NCBI GenBank assembly: GCA_050230475.1
Contig: JBFLGF010000054.1
Span: forward strand, 1-64,000
Reading direction: 5' to 3'
From: Ancylonema sp.
Taxonomy: Eukaryota
Length of the DNA stretch: 64,000 nucleotides
The notes beneath the pieces were generated by a model, which saw nothing but the letters and a program-made list of their open reading frames with translations, did no database searches and was not told where the DNA came from. The position numbers and the translations under genes are program-made. Numbering within the stretch: position 1 is the stretch's first letter; each line of letters opens with the position of its first letter. This document shows, in pieces, positions 54,001 to 64,000 of this stretch.

Positions 54001-56272
54001 ATGGTTATAGTTATGGGTATGGTTATGGTTATGGTTATGGTTATAGTTTCGGTTATGGGGCTTTACAGAGGACTTGTTACATGCAACGTTTCGGGATTTC
54101 TCACCCTAAACGTCAATATTTATCTGGGCAACAACCGTGGGCTGCTCTAGGGTTCGTCGTTGCTGTTGTTCCCTTTTTTTTTTTTTCTTTTTTTTTTATT
54201 GTTCTAACATTTAACAGAAAAAAGATTTTCGTGTTTCTTCCCCTGACCCTCACGCCCTCAACTGCCGCCCGTCCGTCTACCCCTCCAGGTGGCGGGGCCT
54301 CACGGGCTGATGGGCATCAAGGGCCGTCAGGTGGCGAGTTTAGATGAGATGGCGGACAAGATGGACTGCTGCATGGAGATGGTGTTCAACCACATTCAGG
54401 AGCGCGTGGGTAGGGGGGGGGGGGAGGTGGAGGGGGTCTATGAGGCCATGCTCAAGGCGTTTCTGGGCACTGTGATGGAAACACATAGAGCCAAATTCAC
54501 GCAGGTGGGGGGGGTTGGGTGGGTGGGTGGGCGGTGGGGGTTAGAGAACTGGGTTGAGGGGGTGAGGGGGTTGGAGATTGAGTTGAGAGGGGTGAAGATT
54601 TGGGACTTGGGGTGGGAGGGTGGGGAATTTTTTTATTCTTGTTCTTTTTTTTTTGGGGTTCAGGGATTGGGGGGTGGGGTGGCATTGTCCATGGGAGAAC
54701 AACACGCCATCTCACTTCTCAATTCTCAAATCCCCGTTTTGCGATTCTCGATAGGGGGGGGGGGGGGGGGGGGGGGGTAGGGGGTAGGGTTGATTTTAGG
54801 ACTGAGACTCCCACCCTCTCTTCACCCCCCCCCCCCCTTTCTTTCGTGTTTGTTTGCAGTTTTTGATGTTCTATTTGTGCTCCCTGTCCCCCACCACCTG
54901 CGCCGCTCATTTCTCCTCCCTCCTCTGTGATATTCTCCTGGACAACACCAAATACGTCATCACACGGTAAGGCCACGTTACCCACTCCCTCTCCCACCCC
55001 CACCCCCTCTCCACAGTCTGTCGAACGACGGTGACACGTGTGTTTGAGTGTGTGTGTGTGTGTGTGTGTCCTTCCTGTTGAAATCCCCTGGAAGGACTGG
55101 GTTGGGTTGGGTTGGGTTGGGTTTGCCAGTCTGTCTGCCTCCGCCTACCTGGCAAGTTTCACGGCCCGAGCCAAGTACCTCCCACTGCCCCTCGTCATGA
55201 CAGCTGTCGAAAGGTGAGTGGACCTCAACCCACCCTCTTCGTTGGATGTCATTCAATCCAAATCCACGCTACAGTCCGTGCTACAGTCCATGCCCTCTGG
55301 TCTCCACGGCTGTAGCTATAGCTGTAGCTGAAGCTGTAGGAGGTTTGACTTTCCAAAATTTGTTATTTGCCAGCATATGATATATTTTCTCCACCATGCA
55401 TATACACCAATAAATGTTCATGTCATGTCAAACGTATATGCCATGCCATCGCATGGCAGGTTTGTAGGGGTTCATTTCTCGTCACCTCAGAATCTGACAG
55501 CTTTCGTTGGTGTGGTTCTGCCAGGCTGGCAGCCTGGTGTGTGCGCTACGGGGAGGAGGAGGCTGGTGGCCAACCGCAGCGGTTGGGGGGAGGGGTGGCA
55601 TTGTCCATGGGAGAACAACACGCCATATTCTACTCGTCGTGCCAGGTGGCAATCCACCAGTTGACCACTCAGATACTTGGGTTGACCACTCAGATACGGG
55701 AGTCTATCACTCCGTTGACTTTTTGAGAAAAAAAAACTTTGTCCCGTCATTGGTCCTCGTAACCGGTCGCGAGTTGTGGATACAAAACAATCCGAATTGT
55801 GAAATGGGAATTGGGAATTGGGATTTGGGAATCGAGAATCGCAAAACGGGGATTTGAGAATTGAGAAGTGAGATGGCGTTTTGGGGTTTTTGGGTGTTTT
55901 CTCTCCAGGCTCTCTTCTACATTCTGTGTTATCGAATGCATGAGCTGGCACGGGGGGGGGAGACGGAAGGGAGACTCCGCGCGTTGCCATTGGCCCAAAT
56001 ATTGAGGAGTGGATTGAATCCTAGGAGGGTGAGCTTGAGCGAAGGGGGGGATGAGGGGAAATAAAGGGGCACGTGTGGAATGGCCAGATGGATAGGATAC
56101 GCGTCGGAAACGCGTCCGATACTTGTGTGGGGCGAAGTGTGGTTGGGATGCTTTCGACGACTAAGTCACGCGAAACACAGCACTTGGTACTTGGTCGGTG
56201 CATTTATGTTTTCTTGGAAATGGGGATGACGTCATCATGAGGACGTCATCTCTTGGGTGGTTATGGAGATGG

Positions 56273-56342
<70 letters not shown>

Positions 56343-56358
56343 GATGGTGATGATGATA

Positions 56359-56408
<50 letters not shown>

Positions 56409-56424
56409 GATGGTGATGATGATA

Positions 56425-56464
<40 letters not shown>

Positions 56465-57522
56465 CGATGATGATGATGATGATGATGATGATAATGATGA
56501 TGATGATGATGATGACGATGATGACGTCATCGCGTGATGTCTCCCCAGATTGTCCTCGAAAGTGTGGTCGAGGAGTTCAGTCGACAGGCGAAGGCGCTTC
56601 GATTGGTACCCAAAGACTGTTGTGGGGGTGGGGGGGGGGCGGCGGTGGCTGCTCCCCGTGGGGGGGGTGGGGGGGTGGAGGGGTTTGGGGACCCGTTGGA
56701 GGATGTGCGTGTGGACATGTTCTTCCCGTTTGATCCGTACCTGCTACGACGCTCGAATCGGTGAGTCGGCGCTGGAAGGCAGGGTTGGGGAGGGAATGGA
56801 GAGCAAAGTTGGGATTGTGTTTTGGGCTGTCTTGATTATTTCTTCTTCTTCTTCTTCTTCTTATTTTCCAAAGTAGATATTATGTCCGGTTTTTCTTTGT
56901 CTATGTTGCTATTGTTCTATCGTGGTTTCCTTTTGTTTTTTTTTCCTTCTCCTTTTTTTTCAATATATAGTTATTATTATGATGAGTGGTATTATGTGTG
57001 TAACTATGTATGTTACTTTTTGTTTTTTTTGGTTCGCCCCCCATTTGATGTTTTGCAAGGGTGGGCAACAGTTTTGTGAAACCGATTTTCACAAAGTGGC
57101 ATCAATTCGAGTACGAGGAGGCACAACCATCCGAGAGCAGAGGGGGGGGGCAAGGGGACACGGGATCAGATTTGGAGGTGAGAGAGACAGAGGGTATCGA
57201 CGCGGATTCAGGAAGCGAATCCGATTCGAAAGAGAGTAACGAGTCGGATTCGGAATCCGCGTCGGATGCGGATGAAGATGTGGCGAATCGGATGGTGTGT
57301 AGCCTGCAGAGTGACCACTCCATACCTTGGGCGAGCAGTCTAGAAGAACGAGGGAGGGGGTTGGGGGGCAACGATGGGGTGGGGGGGGGGGGGGTTAGTG
57401 ATGATGGCTGGAATTTTGGGGCGATGTCCATTTCTCCCGAAATCGGGTTGAGGAGAATGCCTCCCGTACTCCCACTCAAACCTAGAGTTGTTTCGCGGAC
57501 AACAAGTAGAAAGTTCGGGTAG
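50013..57522 (+). CDS. RRN3: RNA polymerase I transcription initiation factor RRN3/TIF-IA, 14 exons, ~714 aa
   Basis: Exons 50013-50105, 50504-50563, 51278-51349, 51643-51714, 52001-52297, 52672-52782, 53636-53764, 54289-54504, 54860-54966, 55130-55213, 55525-55645, 55909-56028, 56549-56760, 57072-57522 (2145 nt, all GT-AG). Motifs CLDMIVANF, RMPHK, LIQMD|VDIRWEDI, THRAKFTQ|FLMFYLCS, AYLASFTARA, FYSSCQ|ALFYILCYR, FFPFDPYLL. Confidence 0.93.
50615..51120. repeat. (TTA)n/(TCA)n microsatellite in RRN3 intron 2
   Basis: About 500 bp of TTA-rich repeat. Confidence 0.95.
52798..52845. repeat. Interstitial plant-type telomeric repeat (TAAACCC)n in an RRN3 intron
   Basis: TAAACCCTAAACCCTAAACCCTACACCCTGAACCACTAAAC, decaying into degenerate heptamers. 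Confidence 0.8.
53950..54058. repeat. (GGTTAT)n hexamer repeat in an RRN3 intron
   Basis: Tandem GGTTAT/GGTAAT units. Confidence 0.9.
56268..56525. repeat. (GAT)n microsatellite in an RRN3 intron
   Basis: About 85 GAT-type units between the donor at 56029 and the acceptor at 56548. Confidence 0.95.
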
Positions 57523-60228
57523 ATTCCGGTAATAGATACTGCTAATTTCAGAGAGTTTATTCGTTTTTTATGCGACATGGTGCGTACCATGGAAGTGTCT
57601 AAAAGTGCAACTTCGTTGGTGGGATACATGTTTGTGGAGTATTGATTTGTGTTTGTCTCGAGATGTGCAATCTCCAGACTCGGGTATAAAATGCATCTCA
57701 GTAGAGAACATGGTTTTTTAAGCCAGCAAAAATGACATTAAAAGCGATCACCTTGCAAAACCTTCAAGACTTCAAAACCTCGTAATTGACGATAATCGTC
57801 AGAATACATGATTTTAGATTGAAATGTTTTATTTGACCGCATTGGCGGCTTTGAAAAACGGCAATCCCGTACCATAATTCGAGACACTGCACCTCTTGTC
57901 ATAATTGTTTGTGTGATGGTTGGTTTAGAAGGCATGTGTGAACTCACGTGGTACCAATGTGCATCATGTGTGTGTTTCATATGTTCTTGTATTCTTTATG
58001 TCATTATATATGTTGGCTTAAAACAAAAAAACACAGAAGTTGAAGCAAACTACAATTTTATTCGATGAAAATCGTCAACATTTCGCCCTCATTATTTGAG
58101 AGTACACTAAGATTTCAAACTTGGAGTCTTGGCATTAACTTCAAGAGGTGAAGGCAAGATTTGGAATTGCCGAATATCGGCGTACGTTATTCGCATAGGC
58201 AAAGCCAGCACAACTGTGGGGTCGTGAGTCATACGTAGTCTTCAACATAACACGATAACGTCAATCGACAGACAAAAAACGAAAACGGCAAAAGGCAAAC
58301 AACAAACGGCAAACGGAAATTGACTTACCATATAAATAGTTGGGGGTAGTAATTCGACACGTGCATGCAACACATGTCATCATTGCCCTTTCTTTGATAT
58401 ATTAGTACCATACCCCACATTTTGAAGTTGTCCATTTTCCGACTTATCATGACTTGTAAAGGTGCTCATACATACGACGACCTAATAGCTTCTACCGGTT
58501 CTATCATTCGCGAATCATGGGAAACAAATGCCAAAATGTCATAGTCTTTGTTTGTCTTGTGTATAAAATTCTCGTCACATAGCACAATAAGAAACTAAAG
58601 CGCCGGGATATCATACCATATTCCTTTTATTTCACAACAGAGAGATTGCATAAACATGAACTTCGTTTCCGAATAGAGAATGCGGTTCTTATGACCATTT
58701 TTTTATTTCTTTTCGGTTGGAGCCTTGAAATGTATCAAGCTTGTATGGTAGCATGTACAATGTAGGACTAGCACTCTTTGCACTCTTGAACGAAAGGTAC
58801 TTGAAGCACATCCAATCTCCTCCATCAACATGAAATCCATACACCTCATGCAAACACCTCATAGCTTTGCGCAACAAACAGGAATAGGTATGACTTGGAA
58901 CCTCTTCAACTTTGCGCCCTAAGTGCCAAACAGAATTCAAAGCGAATCCGGGTGAAAAATGTGCAAATACGAGTCAAAGCGCCCTCCGGACCTGATTGAT
59001 GAATTGGGGACACGTTTGAACATGTGAGTTTGAAATGTGGCAATGTTGTCGCATGGTTGACTGAAGAAAACTACGTGGAGTGAACACATTTTGATTGATA
59101 TTGTTTTGTGGATAAAACTGTGGATAAAGTTGTACACACAAGTTGACACAACCGTGTTAACAAATTTCCTTTGGAATATCGGTAGAAATTCAATATACCT
59201 CCATCACTGACTTCCCGGGACTAATACCAGTTTCTAAAATCCTTCAAAGTTAAAGAGTCCATTACGAATCTCTTTACGTATAAAAAGTGGGTGGACGAGG
59301 TTATAAAGAGTGTCATGTGTAAAGGAAACTAAGACATTCAAGTTTGGAATTTCAAAAACGATGGTGCCCGTTTTGTGCAGAAGGTATAAAAATCGGAAGT
59401 CCCTTTCGGAGAGAGGAAGTAAGGTGCGTAAATTATTGTATGTCAACATGTTGTGGCTCATACCAATCATAGAGACTCTCAATGTCCTATAATGATTTGA
59501 GTGGCAATTCAGGAAAAAGTGAGTATCACCAGAAACATAAAATTTCCCACGAAGGAAAAATGCGAACAAAATCTGACATAGCCATTACTTCCCTCGAGGC
59601 GAACACCTCTCGTGCTAAAGAACAAAATAGTAACATTACATACAAAAGTACAAGGCAATATCAACTAGCCAATGAAAGGATAATCCGCTTCCGTTCTACC
59701 TTCACAAAACCAGCACTGGATTTAGCACCAGGCTAAATCAGCCATCAGTCACCAGTCACCAGTCACCAGCATCTCTTAAAAAAAGTGTATCTTACTTATC
59801 GCACTACGACACTCATAATTTACATGGACATTTCCTGCCCCTACCATAGTGGGCGGTATCGTCAGCATTCTTATGCTGTCTAAACACAAGTTCATTTGGA
59901 TAGGACAATCTAGGAGCGTGCAGTGCGCCATTGCTCCTGTTGAGCTAAGCTACGACAACAAGCTGGTGCTTCCGGCGGGTCGTAACATCGATGGTTGACG
60001 TCTCAGGGACCGCCCATGAGAAAAAAGTCAGCCACAAGCACCGTTGCACGGCTTCGACAATATTTTCGAACAATGAGTGCATGAGATGCCGTGATGTCGC
60101 ATCAAAGTGTAAGCGTCTTGGAGTTGATAGCTGGCGAGATGTAGCCAACCGAGGGTGACTTATATATATTATTTTGGAAGAGTGGGGGGACACCGAGAAA
60201 GTACGAAACTTGAGGGGGATAACAGATT

Positions 60229-60563
60229 TCAGGAGTAATATCGTTGAACACTCTCGTCGTCGTCTAAAGGTGGCCCGTACTCTGAGGTTTCGGACCTGTG
60301 GCTGCCACCCAGCTCCATGTCAACATCGTCATCGGAATCCCATGACTCAACGTCTGTGGTTCCAGTCTTCTGGCAGACCGCGACGAAGACAAGAATTACA
60401 CCGCAGACGATAGGAAAGACGGTCAGCATAACAGCAAAAATAATTTCAGGTCCGGAGATGGTGCGGTACCCCGACATCTTGTATGTATCACGTGCAGAAA
60501 ACTGGCGGCAGGTGACGGCCCTCGGGGAGCACGTAAGGTCTGGGAAAGCGCGGTATGAAATGA
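60229..60563 (-). CDS. Probable last exon of a single-pass membrane protein gene; upstream exons unresolved (~60770-61310)
   Basis: After a TTTTGCAG acceptor: ISYRAFPDLTCSPRAVTCRQFSARDTYKMSGYRTISGPE, then hydrophobic IIFAVMLTVFPIVCGVILVFVAVC, then acidic tail ESWDSDDDVDME...stop. Confidence 0.4.
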
Positions 60564-63457
60564 CTGCAAAATTTGATGTATCGAATCTCGTACTTCAGAG
60601 ATCTCGGTCAGACGTGCCGAATTGGTGCGTGCTGCAAGCAGAGCGTCTGTAAACACCAAAGAATCATGTGCTTCCATATAGAATTTCGAACGCCTATTCA
60701 AATGGAAGACTGGGCTGCTTGGAGGGAAATGGTATCAGAATTCTAGCGTACAGGGTGCACTTGAAGCAACCTTCTCCAACAGGCGAACGTGTGTAATGTT
60801 GAGGAGCGCAGCTGAAGGATCTGGAGTGAAAACTAGACTGGCAGCGAAGACGACCTCGTACCTTGCGGACCCTCGTGCAACTTTTCGTACGGAGTGCAAA
60901 ATGCCAACAGGTATTCAGTACAGAACGTACGGTATTCCGGCCGTACAGGTAGCGTGTCCAACGACCAGTGTACTTTGCCCGACTTCAGGTCCACCGCTTG
61001 ACGCGGATACAGTTAGTCGGTAGATACGGAAGATAGAGCCGTACAGTGTGGAACTCAGTGCCGTTACATGAACAGTAACGGTACAGCGCGGTGATATGAC
61101 TGCTGTCAAAAATGTACCCGCTTTATGAGTCTCCCACCTGTCGGTGAGGTGCGGAAGTTCACCGTACAGCCACTCGGGATACAGCCGGCCGTTTCTCCAC
61201 TCCCGCCTCGGCAACAAGTAGGGTGGGGACAATGGGGGGGGAACTCCGCAAAAAGTGAGCGGGTTCGACGCACCGCAGCTTCCGATATAACGCTCGAAAT
61301 ACTTCAAAAACAATTGATGACAGATTTAGTCTAGAGCTTCAAAACGCACTTTTTATATAAAACAATCGACGATATAAAACAATCGATGACTGACGGTCTA
61401 GCTACGGGCGTTTTCGTGGCGAAAAAGTGAGTGAGCCACGCTCGTGCGCCAAATTCCAAGAAATGAGGCTTTTGAAGGGTTTTCAACGGATGAACGTGGA
61501 CTTGACGGAAGTGAACGAGAATTCTAGTGAAAAATGAACGATTTTTTTTTGGGGAAAACTTATCAGCATGTTGTTTTCCTTATCGGCACGCAGTCGGAAA
61601 ATTGAGTACCGGCTGGTAAATTGGTCGTTCGAAACTTGCCCTAAGCAAGAATCGGATGACGATATTTCCACATCGGCGAAACGAACATGAGGGCTGGTAG
61701 CCTCCCTGTCCACTCAGATCGGCCTTTACTGCACGCTAAACTCCGCTAGCGAACCTTTCAATGCAGGCTATCGTCCTCCGCAGCCTTCAATTTATGCGAT
61801 CTGCGCGAATTCGCAACCAAATTGAAAGCGGAGATACAATATGTAATACTTTATTTAAATTTCTCTTATATTATTTTTACGCGACAAATTTCTGACGCTA
61901 GTATATATCACAGCTAACGAAATAGTAAAATGGTTAGAAAACGCGCGCAACCAACATAATAGGAAGGATTGAAGTATTTTAATTTTTTTTCTCTTCCGAA
62001 TGTACACAAGACTGTCATTGTAACAGACTCATCTTAAAATTTTAGAGAATGGTGGGCTGTGCTCTCGATGCGGATATGAATCGTGGCAGCCTAGGAAGTA
62101 TAGAAAGCGCCGTGCGTAGTATCGGGAGTGGCCCTGGGTCGGGTGACGCTTATTCACGTACAGCGACGATTTGCCACTCCCTAGTCGCGATAAAGCGAGA
62201 TGATACCAAAATTAACGACGGTAACGATTTCATGCGTGGTACCGGGAGACTACCGAGCGATTTGACGGCAAGCTTCGAACGGCCAGAACGCCGACCGGTA
62301 CTCGATTTGACGACTGCATGCGGATAAGGAAAACTCCATGCTCATAAGTTTTCCCTTTTTTTCTCCCCTCTGTTTTTTTTTATTGTCAAATGACTTATGC
62401 AAATGACTTTGGGAACTTTATTAGGGAACTTTATTAGGGAACTTGAAAACCGCACCACATGTCACACCTCAATTCGGAATATATTCGAAATATAGGTTCA
62501 AATATAAATTCTCGGTCGCCCCGGACCCGGATCGAAAATTCGGGTGTTTTTAAAGCGCCGGGACGGCTCAGCGCGTGCCGTTACAACGCGAACATTTTTT
62601 TTTTAACATATCAAAATACTAAAACCCCGTTTTTCAAACCGATTCTCGTTCGTTTTTCAGGAGTGAACGGATAATTAACCTCATACCGTCGTCGGGGAGA
62701 TCAACTCTTGAGATGAGCTACCATTATAAACAAAAAAATGGTTCAATCCAATCAATACATCTTCGACCTCTGCGGGCGCGAGGCGAGATCGCGGTCGGTG
62801 GCGGTCGGAACGGTCGGATGCGATAGGGTGTAGCGATAAGATTCTTCTCCCGTAGGCTGCGATTTTTTGTTGGCTACTTTCTCATTCCTTTGGTTACTTG
62901 TTCGGATTGTGTTTTTGTGCCCATTGCCGTTGGAAGGCGGTGATGTGCAATATTATCATCAATAATCTTCTAAGCCATGGTTGGATTTCCAACGTTTTGC
63001 CTTCTAAGGTGCCATCGTTGCCATTTGTGTGAGTGCACATCATAACGCGATGAAAAACTGAAAGTGAAAAAAAATGCTAGACTACACTCACAATACTTTT
63101 ACCATCTTGTAAACTACAAGTTGTAGTACATAACACTTATGAACAAAAAGTTGTCGGTAAAAATAAATGTGTACGCCGCGATGTTTCCACATTAAGAATA
63201 CTGTCAATTACTTATTTATAACTACATTATTTATGCAAACCGGTTTCAAATGCCAACCGGTTCAAAGTAACATAGGTTTTAAATTAAAACATCATGATGA
63301 TTTGCAATACATGGACTCAAAAATCAACATTCACAATCGTGAAAAACCGAGAGAGACCGATACGGACCTACCATTAATATATTCGGTGTTCCATTACATT
63401 TTAAGAAATGCCTCGTGTTTCCCCCCCCACCTCCCACCGCCGTCCAACCGGTCCAAT

Positions 63458-63847
63458 CATAGTAGTACCCGGACGGGTCAGGGCATTTTGCGGACGCGTC
63501 CGCGACGTCCGGGTCCGCAAAGCGTCCGGGTACTTAGGGGTTATTATCCGAATGAAAAAGTGTATGACCGGGCGACGGAGATATTTGAGTTCTTCCGGTT
63601 ATGAGATCCTACAGCCTATAGGCTACCTGGCAATTTTAGGACGTGATCCAACCGTCCATACCACACACATTTTAGCGAAAAAAATATGGACGGTGTACTC
63701 CGGGGTGTGAGGAAGCTAAAACAAAAACTACTAAAAATCTTCGAGTACCCGGACGTCCACCGGGAACTGGCGGACGCGTCCGGAAGACGTCCGCTGGCGG
63801 ACGCGTCCGCGACGTCCGCGTCCGCAAAGCATCTGGGTACTACCATG
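63458..63847. mobile_element. hAT-superfamily MITE, 390 bp, with perfect 8-bp TSD
   Basis: TIR CATAGTAGTACCCGGACG vs CATGGTAGTACCCAGATG (15/18). Perfect TSD GGTCCAAT at 63450-63457 and 63848-63855. CGGACGCGTCCG subterminal palindromes. Confidence 0.93.
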
Positions 63848-64000
63848 GGTCCAATCGCCAAACAATAGTGGCGGTCGGGCGGTAGGGTGGCGGTTGGACG
63901 GCAGAATCGCGGTCGGGTGGCGGTCGGAGCGGTTGGGCGGCGGTCGGAGGCGGTCGGCGGGCGGCCGACCGCTGACCGCCTCCGATTCTAGCGGGCGGGG

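Noticed and set aside
56253..56733. Poly-Asp/poly-Met ORF as an acidic RRN3 exon
   Set aside because: The RRN3 frame is complete without it, and it lies inside a GT-AG intron (56029-56548).

Overview
Intron-rich eukaryotic nuclear DNA from the green lineage, most likely a streptophyte alga or early-diverging land plant. This is inferred from plant-type CCC1, TatA/Tha4, FMO1-like and RRN3 genes, TTTAGGG-type repeats and C/G-rich, microsatellite-filled introns; it is not a database result. Hand splicing gives frame-consistent models for five recognisable genes: cation-chloride cotransporter CCC1 (6148-11220,+), a clade-I FMO1-like flavin monooxygenase (27420-29847,+), an F-box + long NLR-type LRR protein ending in a CaaX-like motif (35525-32093,-), chloroplast TatA (39948-38745,-) and RRN3/TIF-IA (50013-57522,+). 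Four more genes of unknown function are modelled with less certainty. Intergenic DNA is a mosaic of nested hAT-like and pogo/Tc1-like MITEs, a solo LTR and decayed Gypsy-type retroelement pieces, one with a PHD finger. The most interesting observations are: (1) the F-box/LRR/CaaX architecture, lying tail-to-tail with an FMO1-like gene; (2) a templated chimeric insertion in an RRN3 intron that creates a perfect 49-nt inverted repeat around three exons totalling an in-frame 312 nt; (3) a possible +1 frameshift/uORF arrangement at the start of an orphan gene; (4) GC-AG introns and micro-exons. No rRNA, tRNA or CRISPR array was recognised. All gene models are manual and need RNA-seq confirmation.
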